Positions 25,608 to 35,971 of a DNA stretch of 64,000 nucleotides are shown piece after piece. Location of the stretch: positions 35,541 to 99,540 of the forward strand of contig CAVUGN010000011.1 in NCBI GenBank assembly GCA_963741095.1. The letters run 5' to 3'. Position 1 is the stretch's first letter, and the number at the start of each line of letters is the position of its first letter. The stretch is from an uncultured Candidatus Micrarchaeota archaeon. Lineage in GTDB: Archaea; Micrarchaeota; Micrarchaeia; Micrarchaeales; Micrarchaeaceae. Below the pieces are notes generated by a model, which had not been told where the DNA came from, made no database searches, and saw only the letters and a list, made by a program, of their open reading frames with translations. Both the position numbers and the translations under genes were made by a program.

Positions 25608-26912
25608 ATGAACCTTAGAAACTTTATAGAAAAATTGGATGCAGAGAACAAGCTGGTGAGGATAAAGAAGGAAGTATCCACGGATTTCGAGATTGCCAAC
25701 CTGCTCGCTGCACTTGACGGAAGGGTGGTGCTTTTCGAGAAGGTGAAGGGCTCCGAATTTCCCGTCATCGGAAATCTGGTCTCTTCGAGGGATCTGGTCG
25801 CTTCCGCCCTTGGAATGCAGAAGGAGCAGCTGCTGGAAAAAATGGCATACGCGATAAACAATAGGAAAGAACCTGAAGTGATAAGCAGCGGTCCTTGCCA
25901 AGAGGTCGTGGAAGAGCCCGACTTGAACAAATTACCCATTCTAAGGTACATGCCGAAGGACGGCGGCAAGTACATTGCCTCTGCGGTCTGCATGATAAAG
26001 GATCCAGAAACCGGAAGAAGGAACTCCTGCTTCCACAGGCTAATGATGCTTGACAAGAACCACTTTGCCGCAAGGATAGTCGAGAACCGCGGAACAGATA
26101 CCGCCTTGAAGAAGGCAGGAGAACTAGACGTCGCGATATGCATAGGCAACTCGGTTCCTGTCCTGCTGGCTGGGGCGACCTCTTTGCCGATCGGCGTGGA
26201 CGAGCTCGGGATGGCAAACGCGATGGACGAGACAAAGCTTGTCAAATGCAAAAGCATCGACATGGAGGTACCTGTAGACACGGAGTTCGTGCTCGAAGGA
26301 AGGATAACAAAAATGACCGCTAAAGAAGGTCCGTTCCTCGACCTGACGGAGACGTACGACAAGGTCAGGGAGCAGCCCGTGATAGAAGTCAAGAAAATCA
26401 CCCGCAGGAAGGACGCGATATTCCACGCTCTGCTTCCGGGCATGGGCGAGCACAAGATACTGATGGGGATGCCAAGGGAGCCTACAATCTTCAATGAAGT
26501 CAACAAGGTCTGCAGCTGCAAGAACGTGCTTGTGACCCCTGGCGGTGCATCATGGCTCCATGCAGTTGTGCAAATAACAAAGAGTAATGACGACGACGGC
26601 AGGAAGGCCCTCGAGGCCGCATTCAAGGGCCACAGCTCCATGAAACATTGCGTGGTGGTCGATGACGACATAAACATCTACGATCCGAACGAGGTCGAAT
26701 GGGCAATCGCCACGAGATTCCAGGCCGACAAGAACCTTGTCGTGACCCCGAACCAGCCGGGCTCGTCGCTCGATCCCTCGGGAGACCTGACGGAAGGCAA
26801 GAAGGCGGTTACATGCAAGGCTGGCTTCGATGCGACGATTCCGCGCGAAAAGAAGGACAAGAGCTTCAAGAAAGAGCGATACGGATCAGTGGACCCAAAA
26901 AGCTATTTGTGA
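25608..26912 (+). CDS. UbiD-family decarboxylase (probable anhydromevalonate phosphate decarboxylase)
   Basis: EGPF, VDDDINI.DP.EVEWAIATRFQ, SSLDPS; context with ubiX and aconitase X. Confidence 0.9.
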   Translation: MNLRNFIEKLDAENKLVRIKKEVSTDFEIANLLAALDGRVVLFEKVKGSEFPVIGNLVSSRDLVASALGMQKEQLLEKMAYAINNRKEPEVISSGPCQEVVEEPDLNKLPILRYMPKDGGKYIASAVCMIKDPETGRRNSCFHRLMMLDKNHFAARIVENRGTDTALKKAGELDVAICIGNSVPVLLAGATSLPIGVDELGMANAMDETKLVKCKSIDMEVPVDTEFVLEGRITKMTAKEGPFLDLTETYDKVREQPVIEVKKITRRKDAIFHALLPGMGEHKILMGMPREPTIFNEVNKVCSCKNVLVTPGGASWLHAVVQITKSNDDDGRKALEAAFKGHSSMKHCVVVDDDINIYDPNEVEWAIATRFQADKNLVVTPNQPGSSLDPSGDLTEGKKAVTCKAGFDATIPREKKDKSFKKERYGSVDPKSYL

Positions 26913-26916
26913 TAAT

Positions 26917-28113
26917 GTGTTTCTTACAAAAGAGGAGGAACTGATGCTTTCGGGCGAGCGGGGCGAAGGAGTGCAGAAAGCAATGGAGATAGTCGTCGCC
27001 CTGGGCAAAATCTACGGTGCAGAGAAACTGGTCGAAGTCAAAAGTGTGCAAGTCTCGGGTGTCAGCTACAAGAACCTTGGCGATGCTGGCATAGAATTCC
27101 TCGAAGAGTGGGCGGACAAGGGCGGCAGGGTCACGGTGAACACGACGCTGAATCCCGCCGGAATGGACCTGGAGAACTGGAAGAAGCTGGGCTTCAAGGA
27201 AGAGTTCGCAAAGAAGCAGTTGAAGGTAATCGACGCTTTCAAGAAGATGGGGATCTCGCCTGTGTGCACGTGCACCCCCTACCTGATCGGCAACGTGCCG
27301 AAGTTCGGCGAGCACATAGCGTGGGGCGAGTCTTCAGCTGTCGCGTTCGCAAATTCCGTACTGGGCGCAAGGACGAACAGGGAAGGCGGTCCCTCCGCGC
27401 TTGCAGCCGCGATTTCGGGAAAGACCGCATGCTACGGATTCCATTTGGACGATGAACGCAAGGCGGACTTTGCTTTCGATGTGGGCTGCAAAGTCGACGG
27501 CTTCTCGGATTTCGGCGCGCTCGGGAACATCATCGGGAAGATCGTGAAGAACAAGGTCCCTTATGTGACTGGGATTGCCGGATCCAGCCAGGACGATCTG
27601 AAGGTTTTCGGAGCCTCGATGGCCGCCAGCGGTGCGGTCGCATTGTTCCACATCAACGGAGTCACGCCCGAAGCCAGGGCGAAGAACATGCTCAACGATT
27701 CTGCAGAGAAGATAAGCATCGAGAGCCTTGAAGAAGGTTATTCCTCACTGAACTCCAAAGGTAACGAGATAGACTTCGTCAGCATAGGCTGCCCCCATGC
27801 GTCAGTAGAAGAATTGAACAAGATAGCGGGGCTTGTAAGGGGCAAAAAGATCAAGGCGGAGCTGTGGATAACCACTTCGAAGTATGTTAGCGAGCGAGCG
27901 AAGGATGCCGTGAAGACCATAGAGCAGAGCGGCGGGAAGGTCCTGAACGACACCTGCCTGGTCGTGGCTCCGGTCGAGGATTTCGGCTTCAAGAACCTTG
28001 CAACGAATTCGGGCAAGGCTGCTTTCTATGCGCCGACGCACTCCAAGCTTAACGTGAGATTCGGGACAATGGAACAGTGCATAGACGCCGCGATAAAGGG
28101 GAGATGGGAATGA
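26917..28113 (+). CDS. Aconitase X large subunit (probable phosphomevalonate dehydratase)
   Basis: TTLNPAG, CTCTPY, WGESSA, GARTNREG, GCPH, DTC, TNSGK. Confidence 0.9.
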   Translation: MFLTKEEELMLSGERGEGVQKAMEIVVALGKIYGAEKLVEVKSVQVSGVSYKNLGDAGIEFLEEWADKGGRVTVNTTLNPAGMDLENWKKLGFKEEFAKKQLKVIDAFKKMGISPVCTCTPYLIGNVPKFGEHIAWGESSAVAFANSVLGARTNREGGPSALAAAISGKTACYGFHLDDERKADFAFDVGCKVDGFSDFGALGNIIGKIVKNKVPYVTGIAGSSQDDLKVFGASMAASGAVALFHINGVTPEARAKNMLNDSAEKISIESLEEGYSSLNSKGNEIDFVSIGCPHASVEELNKIAGLVRGKKIKAELWITTSKYVSERAKDAVKTIEQSGGKVLNDTCLVVAPVEDFGFKNLATNSGKAAFYAPTHSKLNVRFGTMEQCIDAAIKGRWE

Positions 28114-28493
28114 TATTGAAAGGGAGGGTCATAAAGTACGGCAAAGTCGGGGGCGAGGCAATGGTCTCGGACAAGCCGATAGGATTCCTCGGCGGAGTCG
28201 ACCCCGACACCGGCATGTTCATCGAGAAAGGGCACCCTCTTGAGGGGAAGAACATCAAGGGCAAGATACTGGTGTTCCCCACCGGCAAGGGTTCCACCGT
28301 GGGCTCCTATGTCCTGTACAGGATGAAGAAGAATGGAGTGGCGCCGCTGGCCATAATAAACGAGGAATGCGAGACCATAGTCGCAGTCGGCGCGATAATA
28401 TCAGATATCCCCTGCGTTGACCGGATCGACATTAAACAGATCAAGAACGGAAGCAGGATCGGCATTGACGGGGAAAAAATCACAGTCGATTGA
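28110..28493 (+). CDS. Aconitase X small (swivel) subunit
   Basis: FLGGVDPDTG, GKGSTVGS. Confidence 0.9.
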   Translation: MILKGRVIKYGKVGGEAMVSDKPIGFLGGVDPDTGMFIEKGHPLEGKNIKGKILVFPTGKGSTVGSYVLYRMKKNGVAPLAIINEECETIVAVGAIISDIPCVDRIDIKQIKNGSRIGIDGEKITVD

Positions 28494-28551
28494 CAAGCAG
28501 GCATGAAACATTCCCGAACCATGCAAGCATCGCGGTTTCTGTTTCCCATTC

Positions 28552-29535
28552 TCATGGCTGGTACGTTACAAACAGGTTTCGGGTGCTGTCCTCAATCACC
28601 GCATGTTTTTCCAGAATCGCGGTTATCTTTACCCCGTCCCCGGCCAGTTCGTGCCCGCACCTCAATATGGCGTTTGTCATTGCCTGGTTCTCCGAGTTGG
28701 CTTCGCCGAACACCACATCCATCTTTTTGAGAGCAGTATCGGAGAGCACCCTAAGCATTTTGGAGGAATATCCTTTGCCGCGGTATTCCGGATTGATGTA
28801 AAAATCCGTCATTTCAGCCATCCGCAGCAGAACCCCGTTCACAAGGGGTATCTCCCTAACTTCGGTAACGCCGATTCCGGTTATCCTATCGCCCTCCTTA
28901 ATCACGGATACTATGTTCATTGTGTTCGATAAGACTCCAATTGCCGCATCCCTGGAATATCCGAAGCCCTTCAAAAGCATATCCGCCAAAGGCACCGTTT
29001 CCATAACCCTGTCTTGCGAGAACAAAGATTGGCTGTCCACGATCTCTATCACCTGGCTCCCCGCAGTTCCCTTTCGTAAAGTGGGGCGTTTTGCCTCCGC
29101 TATCGCATTCTTGGTTCTTGCTAGCTCCTCCGGAGTGGCGCGCCTGGAGGGTTCATTATAACCGATGTACACAATCTGCAGCTGGTCCATCCCGTTCTTG
29201 AGCGGTATTACTGCCTCTATCTTTGCCCCGCCGTCCCCAACGGCCACTGCGAGCTCTTCGGACAGGCTCTCTGCCACTATCGACCTTATGCTAAGGCGAG
29301 TTGTACCTGTTCTACTCAGTTCCGAAATTCCGGTAAGCACTATGCCCGTCAATACGCGCAGCTGTTGCCTGTCCTCCACAGGGGTTATCCTGTCCACCGC
29401 GCTCGTCTGGGCTCCCACAAAGCCCTTTAGCCTATCCGCAGAAACCCTGGTTACGGTGCCAATCGGACCGAAGCTATTATTGCAGCAGGTTTCCGGTTGG
29501 AACACCGGGCCACTCCCAGTTATGCTTTTGATCAT
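28552..29535 (-). CDS. GNAT-domain protein
   Basis: AEMTDFYINPEYRGKGYS. Confidence 0.65.
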   Translation of the reverse strand: MIKSITGSGPVFQPETCCNNSFGPIGTVTRVSADRLKGFVGAQTSAVDRITPVEDRQQLRVLTGIVLTGISELSRTGTTRLSIRSIVAESLSEELAVAVGDGGAKIEAVIPLKNGMDQLQIVYIGYNEPSRRATPEELARTKNAIAEAKRPTLRKGTAGSQVIEIVDSQSLFSQDRVMETVPLADMLLKGFGYSRDAAIGVLSNTMNIVSVIKEGDRITGIGVTEVREIPLVNGVLLRMAEMTDFYINPEYRGKGYSSKMLRVLSDTALKKMDVVFGEANSENQAMTNAILRCGHELAGDGVKITAILEKHAVIEDSTRNLFVTYQP

Positions 29536-29714
29536 AACACTCCCCCTGGTATCACCTTATTTCATACTCCTATTTAGAGCTTTTCTATATCTCCAGCGCA
29601 TCACAAAGTTTAAGTATTATAACGGAACACATAGGTTCGTCATACTGCCAAGAGCTATTGGGATGGGGATCCCATAAAGAATAATTTTTGCTCTTTGCGG
29701 CATGAAACAAACGG

Positions 29715-31178
29715 GTGTTATCCTTGGTATCGATAGAAAAACTTGACACGTTATCAAAAATAAGGAGCGAAGGGATCAATCCATACCCTTACAGTTACAA
29801 TCAGACGCATCATGCCACGGAAATAATCAAAAACTTCGAATCTCTGGTGAACACACGGGTGAGCGTTGCAGGAAGGGTGATGAAACTAAGAGGGATGGGT
29901 GGCATAAAATTTGCAGACGTGCTGGACGGGAGCGGAAAGATACAGGTACTGTTCAAAGCGGACACCACATCGGCCGAAGGGGCAAAAGCCCTGAAATTTG
30001 TCAGCCTTGGAGACGTGATCGGGGTTGTGGGAAACGTGACCAAAACCCAGAGAGGAGAGATAAGCGTAGAGGCAAAAGAGGTGGAGATCCTCTCCAAATG
30101 CCTCAAGGCACTGCCGGACAAGTTCCATGGCCTTGGGGACGTCGAACTTCGATACCGTAACAGGCATCTGGACCTCATGGTAAACCCCGAAGTCAGGAAA
30201 ACATTGGCCATAAGGGCCCAGGTGCTGAAGCACATAAGGGACACGCTGGACTCTCGGGGCTATCTGGAGGTGGAGACTCCGGTGCTGCAGCCGATATACG
30301 GGGGGGCGGAAGCGAAGCCCTTCATAACGCATCACAACACGCTGGACGCCAACATGTACCTGAGAGTGTCCTGCGAACTTTACCTGAAAAAGCTCATAGT
30401 CGGCGGAATAGAAAAAGTCTACGAAGTGTCCAAAGACTTTAGAAATGAGGCCATAGACTCGACGCACAATCCCGAGTTCACGCAGGTGGAATTCTACGAG
30501 GCCTACGGGGACTACAACACCTACATGGCGCTGTCTGAAAAACTGCTTTCCGAACTGGCCAAGAAGGTGCACGGCGATTACAAGTTTACATACCAGGGCA
30601 AGACGCTGGATTTTACGCCGCCTTTCAACAGGGTGTACTGGGTCCAGGAGCTCAAAGAAAAGTACGGGCTCGACATCCTCAACCTTACAGACGAAAAGGC
30701 AGTGGAACTCGCAAGGAAGGAAAACCTTGATGTCGCGATAATGAACGCCTATCACGTTGCGGATGCCCTGTTCGACAAGTACATAAAATCGGGTCTGTTA
30801 CAGCCGTCTTTTGTGCTTGATTATCCGGCTTACATGTGCCCGCTAACGAAAGACAAGAGAGGCAATCCGGCGCTGAGCGAAAGATTTGAATTCTTCGTTG
30901 CCAATCTTGAACTGGGGAACTGCTATTCCGAGCTCACAGACCCCATAGAGCAGAGGGCAAAATTCGAGCATCAGGAGGCGGAGCACGCAAAGGGCGATTC
31001 GGAGGCGCCGCCCAGCGACGAATCATTCCTGGAAGCGATGGAGTTCGGAATGCCACCGACTGCAGGAATGGGGCTTGCGGTGGACCGGCTCTCCATGATC
31101 ATGTCGGACAACACCTCAATAAAGGAGGTATTGGCATTCCCTTCTATGCGGCCTTCAAGCATTAACATAAGAAAATGA
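29715..31178 (+). CDS. lysS: Lysyl-tRNA synthetase, class II
   Basis: OB fold, YLEVETP, GGAEAKPF, FRNE, HNPEF, GMPPTAG. Confidence 0.97.
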   Translation: MLSLVSIEKLDTLSKIRSEGINPYPYSYNQTHHATEIIKNFESLVNTRVSVAGRVMKLRGMGGIKFADVLDGSGKIQVLFKADTTSAEGAKALKFVSLGDVIGVVGNVTKTQRGEISVEAKEVEILSKCLKALPDKFHGLGDVELRYRNRHLDLMVNPEVRKTLAIRAQVLKHIRDTLDSRGYLEVETPVLQPIYGGAEAKPFITHHNTLDANMYLRVSCELYLKKLIVGGIEKVYEVSKDFRNEAIDSTHNPEFTQVEFYEAYGDYNTYMALSEKLLSELAKKVHGDYKFTYQGKTLDFTPPFNRVYWVQELKEKYGLDILNLTDEKAVELARKENLDVAIMNAYHVADALFDKYIKSGLLQPSFVLDYPAYMCPLTKDKRGNPALSERFEFFVANLELGNCYSELTDPIEQRAKFEHQEAEHAKGDSEAPPSDESFLEAMEFGMPPTAGMGLAVDRLSMIMSDNTSIKEVLAFPSMRPSSINIRK

Positions 31179-31222
31179 GTTTTAGGACGTCTCAAGTTTA
31201 ACACAAAAATTGCAACGGGTTT

Positions 31223-31534
31223 ATGAGCACTAAAACCGTAGCACCGAAAAGCTACGATACCAAGGGCTGGTCGTCCGAAGAGATGAAACTGGATACGATG
31301 GCGGGCTCACACTGGGCTCCTACACGAGAGCGCGTCGCAAGAAATCCCCTAACTAGGCTGGAAACACTGAAGTGGATGTTGGAGAATGGCGAGCGCGACT
31401 ACTACACCAAGTCTGAAATGATCAAGCGGCTAACGGACCCAGAAACAATACACAAACTAGAGCATGACACGGACCCCAAAATCAAGGAGGAGGCGTGGCA
31501 GAAGGCATGCCTCCTGGGCCTCAAAAGGGAATGA
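31223..31534 (+). CDS. Hypothetical helical protein
   Basis: 103-aa ORF; RERVARNP resembles LRV/HEAT-like repeats. Confidence 0.55.
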   Translation: MSTKTVAPKSYDTKGWSSEEMKLDTMAGSHWAPTRERVARNPLTRLETLKWMLENGERDYYTKSEMIKRLTDPETIHKLEHDTDPKIKEEAWQKACLLGLKRE

Positions 31535-31622
31535 TGGCCAATCAATGCGCCGCGATTGTCCAGTCAATCAACTTGAAGTTGCAACGCTTTTAAATGTTGA
31601 GGAGAAACCTACTATGTAGGGA

Positions 31623-32348
31623 ATGCCGATGGACAAGCAGGAGATAGTTTTCCTAAATTCAGTCTTCTTCGTGATGGGATTCACAATAGTCTTCTCGTTG
31701 CTCGGCATAATCTTCCAGACCGTGCTGCTTCATGCCTCGTTCATGATCATGAACGTCCTGCGGATAGCCGGCGGGGTCATAATAATCGGATTCGGGGCGC
31801 TGATGATAATATCAGTAAAGTACATCATACCCTTCTTCTCCACCGAGCATAAACTGCGCACAAGAAGGCTCGGCAACAGCTACCTCTCTTCGTTCGTCTT
31901 CGGCTTCGCCTTCGCGCTCGGATGGACCCCGTGCGTCGGGGCGATACTCGGCGCGATATACGTCCTTGCGGCCACCTCGCCGGGCATAAGCTTCCTTCTG
32001 CTGCTCGCATACTCCATCGGCCTCGGAATACCCTTCCTGGTATTCGGCGCGTTCATATCAAAACTTTCGAGCTTCACGAAAAGGATAAGCGGATTTTTGA
32101 AATACTTCAACGTGATAAGCGGCCTGCTTCTGATAACATTGGGGCTGATGGTCGTGACCGGATACATAGGAATGCTCGCGATCTTCCTGCTCGGCACCAA
32201 CGCGCCGATGTCCGTCGGCAACAGCCTCAACTTCCTGATAGCCCTGTTCGCGGGGGTGCTGACCTTCCTGTCGCCCTGCATACTGCCGCTGCTGCCCGCC
32301 TATCTCTCTTACATGGTGGGAACCGCATCTAACGAGGCGAGAAGATGA
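31623..32348 (+). CDS. ccdA: CcdA-type thiol-disulfide membrane transporter, circularly permuted
   Basis: GWTPCVG central and FLSPCILPLLPAYL at the C-terminus. Confidence 0.85.
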   Translation: MPMDKQEIVFLNSVFFVMGFTIVFSLLGIIFQTVLLHASFMIMNVLRIAGGVIIIGFGALMIISVKYIIPFFSTEHKLRTRRLGNSYLSSFVFGFAFALGWTPCVGAILGAIYVLAATSPGISFLLLLAYSIGLGIPFLVFGAFISKLSSFTKRISGFLKYFNVISGLLLITLGLMVVTGYIGMLAIFLLGTNAPMSVGNSLNFLIALFAGVLTFLSPCILPLLPAYLSYMVGTASNEARR

Positions 32349-33439
32349 GCGAGAAAAAGCAAATAAAATCCAAGATGAAATTCAACATCTACATTCTCGT
32401 GTTCGGGATAATAGCCGTAATCATAGCCGTTGCGGCCCTCTCAACCCTTGTGTTCAACAAGACTCTTGTGGCGAAGAGCGTTTCGGTGGCGAACCTAACG
32501 AACTACGGCCCAGCGCCGAACCTTGTTGGAACAACCGCGTGGATAAACTCGCCGCCGCTCAGCATAACCAATCTGAAGGGCAAGGTGATCCTTATAGACT
32601 TCTGGACCTACTCGTGCATAAACTGCATAAGATCCATACCCCACATCAACGCCTGGGAGAGCGCGTACGGCAACAACGGCCTTGTCATAATAGGCGTCCA
32701 CACGCCGGAGTTCCAGTTCGAGCACAACTACAGCAACGTCTATGCGGCCGTGCAGAAGTTCGATATCAAATACCCCGTGGCGTTGGACAACGACTATTCT
32801 ACATGGGATGCCTACGGGAACCAGTACTGGCCCGCAGAGTACCTGATAGACAAGAACGGCAATGTGCGGTATGTCTCCTTCGGCGAAGGCGACTATAACC
32901 AGACGGAGCTGGTAATCCGCGCACTGCTCAGGGATGCGAATTACACCATCCAGCCGAACCTCACCAGCGTTCCTCTCGGCGTCAACTTCTCGTTGATAGG
33001 CACTCCAGAGATTTATCTTGGCTACAGTACCGAAAGGGCTCCGATAGGCAATCCGGGAGGCTTCTCCTCAGGGACCGCAAGCAATTACTCCTTCACCGGG
33101 AAGATGCAGAACAACACCGTGTACTTCTCCGGCACGTGGTACAGCGCACCAGATGGAATGATCGCAGTGAACAATTCGAAGATGTTCCTCGTCTATGATG
33201 CCAGGAACGTGTACATCGTTGCAAGCGGCAACGAAAGCAACATAACCGTCAGGCTTGACGGAAAGAACCTCATGGCTCCGTATCTCGGAAGCGACGACAG
33301 GCTTGTGGGCAACGAAGCCATGGCAACCATAAACCAGTCGCGGCTCTACAACATAGTCTCCGCTCCGTCTTACGGCTGGCACGAGGTCGAGATAGACGCG
33401 AACAAGGGATTCAAGGTGTACACGTTTACCTTCGGGTAA
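32345..33439 (+). CDS. Membrane-anchored thioredoxin-like protein (DipZ C-terminal type)
   Basis: DFWTYSCINC, GVHTPEF, NQYWPA. Confidence 0.85.
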   Translation: MSEKKQIKSKMKFNIYILVFGIIAVIIAVAALSTLVFNKTLVAKSVSVANLTNYGPAPNLVGTTAWINSPPLSITNLKGKVILIDFWTYSCINCIRSIPHINAWESAYGNNGLVIIGVHTPEFQFEHNYSNVYAAVQKFDIKYPVALDNDYSTWDAYGNQYWPAEYLIDKNGNVRYVSFGEGDYNQTELVIRALLRDANYTIQPNLTSVPLGVNFSLIGTPEIYLGYSTERAPIGNPGGFSSGTASNYSFTGKMQNNTVYFSGTWYSAPDGMIAVNNSKMFLVYDARNVYIVASGNESNITVRLDGKNLMAPYLGSDDRLVGNEAMATINQSRLYNIVSAPSYGWHEVEIDANKGFKVYTFTFG

Positions 33440-33445
33440 ACCCGC

Positions 33446-34630
33446 TCATTTCGAATCGTACTTCTTGGAGACTGTCTTGTAGGCGTCCCTGAACGGCTTT
33501 CCCTCCTTCACGAGCTTGTAGGCGTTCTCCGTGGCATAGAGCTCATCTGTCATCGCGGCCTTGCACCTCTCCTTATCGACTTTCAGCTTTTTGAACAGCA
33601 AGCTCATCACGGAGATGCTCTTCTCTGTTATGTAGAAGCCTTTCATGACCGGCTCCTTCGTGCTGCCAAAATCTGCGTTATACCCCGAAATAAGATTTCC
33701 TATTATCCCCTTCACCATGAATTCGTAAGAATTCACAACGTGGTAATTAGCCCGAACTATCTCCAACACGTCTGGATTCTTCTTCTGTGGCATTATGGAG
33801 CTGCCTGTCGTGAGCTCCTTCGGTATCACGAAATAGCCGAACTCGGGCATGCTGAATGTTATCAGATCCTGCGACATCTTGTTCAGGTCGAACATTATCT
33901 GCGAGAGCGCGTGGATCATCGTCGCCTCGAACTTGCCGCGGCTGTTCTGAACGTATATGGGGTTGTTCTGTATCTTCGAGAAGCCAAGTTCCTTTGCGAC
34001 ATACGCGCGGTCAACATGGATTGGCAGGCCGTATCCTGCCCCGGTTCCAAGCGGAGACTGGTCGTTCAGCTTGTCCGCAAGGTCCAGCAGCCTCATGTCG
34101 TCATCGAGGGCATCGACGAACGCCCCGCTCCACATCTTTATCGAGGACGGCATCGCCTTCCGCGTGTGGGTGTATCCTGGAATCTCCACGCTGCCGTACC
34201 TGCTGCCGAAAGCTTTCAGCGATATCATCAGTTCCTTTACTAGCGCCTTCGACTTCTTCAGTTCATCTTTGTAATAGAGGCGCAGCGCCGCCTGGACCTG
34301 ATCGTTCCTTGACCGCGCGGTGTGTATTTTCTTGCCTGGAGTGCCCAGCTTCTTGGTGAGATAATTCTCTATGGCCGTGTGGCAGTCCTCCTGCTCCTTC
34401 GTTATTGCGAACTTGCCCTTCTTGTCGAGCTCTATTATCTCGTCGAGCCCCTTAACTAGGGCGTCGACCTCCTTTTTGTTGAGTATTCCGATCCTGCCGA
34501 GCATCTTCGCGTGTGCTATCGATGCCGCGCAGTCGTATTTCACGAGCGCACCATCGAGGATGTAGCCGTTTCCGGCTACATAGTCCTCTATCTCCTTGTC
34601 TATCCCATACCCCTTTTCCCACAATTTCAT
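33446..34630 (-). CDS. argH: Argininosuccinate lyase
   Basis: HTARSRNDQ, PGYTH, GSSIMPQKKNPD. Confidence 0.95.
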   Translation of the reverse strand: MKLWEKGYGIDKEIEDYVAGNGYILDGALVKYDCAASIAHAKMLGRIGILNKKEVDALVKGLDEIIELDKKGKFAITKEQEDCHTAIENYLTKKLGTPGKKIHTARSRNDQVQAALRLYYKDELKKSKALVKELMISLKAFGSRYGSVEIPGYTHTRKAMPSSIKMWSGAFVDALDDDMRLLDLADKLNDQSPLGTGAGYGLPIHVDRAYVAKELGFSKIQNNPIYVQNSRGKFEATMIHALSQIMFDLNKMSQDLITFSMPEFGYFVIPKELTTGSSIMPQKKNPDVLEIVRANYHVVNSYEFMVKGIIGNLISGYNADFGSTKEPVMKGFYITEKSISVMSLLFKKLKVDKERCKAAMTDELYATENAYKLVKEGKPFRDAYKTVSKKYDSK

Positions 34631-34634
34631 TTCA

Positions 34635-35942
34635 TTACCCAAGCTCCACAAAGGCCTTTTTGCCCTTGATGCCGCCCTTGTGCAATTTCTCCTGTTTCAT
34701 ATCTAACTGTTTCGCCAGCCGCATCTGCAGTGAGTACGCCTCTATGAACCCCGGGCTGCTGTTCACATTGAAATCATAGCCCTGGGCGTTGTTGAACGAC
34801 GAGAAGCCCAGCCCGTACGGCGACTTCATCGCCACCACCGTTGCGCTGCCCTTGAAGAGGCGCACGGTGACCTCGCCGCTGACCTTCGCGTTCACCTTAT
34901 CGTTGAAGGCGTTTATCGCATCCATTGCCGGGTCGTACCACAGCGATCCGTAGCAGAGATAGCCCCACTTCACGTCCATCATCGACTTCAGTTCATTCAA
35001 CGTTTTGGTGCTGACGTATTTTTCCAACGCTTTGTGCGCCTCGATCATCACGTGCGCGGCTGGCATTTCATAAACGCCACGGCTCTTCACTCCTATTATC
35101 CGGTCCTCAAGAAGATGAACGACTCCGACGCCGTGCTTGCCGGCCATACCGTTCAACGCCATTATCAACTTCGAAAGCTTCATCCTCTTCCCGTTCAGTT
35201 CTACGGGCACGCCCTTCTCGAACTTGAGCTTGACCAGGCTCTCCTGCTCCGGCGCGTTCTTCACAGACGTGTAAGTTGTGAGGAACTTCTCTATCTTCGG
35301 TATCTGGTCCGGTTCCTCTATCTCCCCTCCCTCCCATGTCATGCCCCACATGTTGTCATCGACCGAGTACGGGAAGTCTTTCTTGACCGGCACGGGTATG
35401 CCGTACTTCTCGGCGTAGGCTATCTCTTCGTTGCGATCCATGCCCCACTCTCGGACGGGCGCTATTATCTTCATGCCGGGGTCATGCGCCAGTATGTAGC
35501 TCTCTATTCTGACCTGGTCGTTGCCCTTGCCGGTGCACCCGTGCGCCACCGCATCAGCCCCCTCATGCTTCGCTATCTCGGCCGTCTTCTTGCCAAGAAG
35601 TGCTCGCCCCATCGGCGTCGAGAGATGATAATCGCCCTGGTAGTGCGCATTGGCCTTTATACCCTTCGCAAGTATCTCATCGGCAAACTCGTCCTTCACA
35701 TCGAGCGCTATCGCCTTCACCGCGCCGAACTTAAGGGCCTTCTGCCGTATCTTTTCTATGTCATCGTGCTGCTGCCCAAGATCAAAGGTAAGCGTGACGA
35801 CCTCCGCTTTGTAAGTGTCCTGTATCCATTTCAGTATCACCGAAGTGTCCAAGCCTCCTGAATATAGCAGGAGCACCTTCTTCACCTCGCCCATCTTGCC
35901 CTCATACGAGGACACCTTTATGTAGTCAGTTTTTTCCTCCAT
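34635..35942 (-). CDS. argG: Argininosuccinate synthase
   Basis: YSGGLDTS, HGCTGKGNDQVR. Confidence 0.97.
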   Translation of the reverse strand: MEEKTDYIKVSSYEGKMGEVKKVLLLYSGGLDTSVILKWIQDTYKAEVVTLTFDLGQQHDDIEKIRQKALKFGAVKAIALDVKDEFADEILAKGIKANAHYQGDYHLSTPMGRALLGKKTAEIAKHEGADAVAHGCTGKGNDQVRIESYILAHDPGMKIIAPVREWGMDRNEEIAYAEKYGIPVPVKKDFPYSVDDNMWGMTWEGGEIEEPDQIPKIEKFLTTYTSVKNAPEQESLVKLKFEKGVPVELNGKRMKLSKLIMALNGMAGKHGVGVVHLLEDRIIGVKSRGVYEMPAAHVMIEAHKALEKYVSTKTLNELKSMMDVKWGYLCYGSLWYDPAMDAINAFNDKVNAKVSGEVTVRLFKGSATVVAMKSPYGLGFSSFNNAQGYDFNVNSSPGFIEAYSLQMRLAKQLDMKQEKLHKGGIKGKKAFVELG

Positions 35943-35971
35943 TTCATTTCACCATCGTCAAAGCAAGACTC

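Noticed and set aside
25535-26677. 380-aa minus-strand ORF and similar antisense ORFs in the housekeeping region
   Set aside because: Antisense shadows of well-supported genes in GC-richer DNA.
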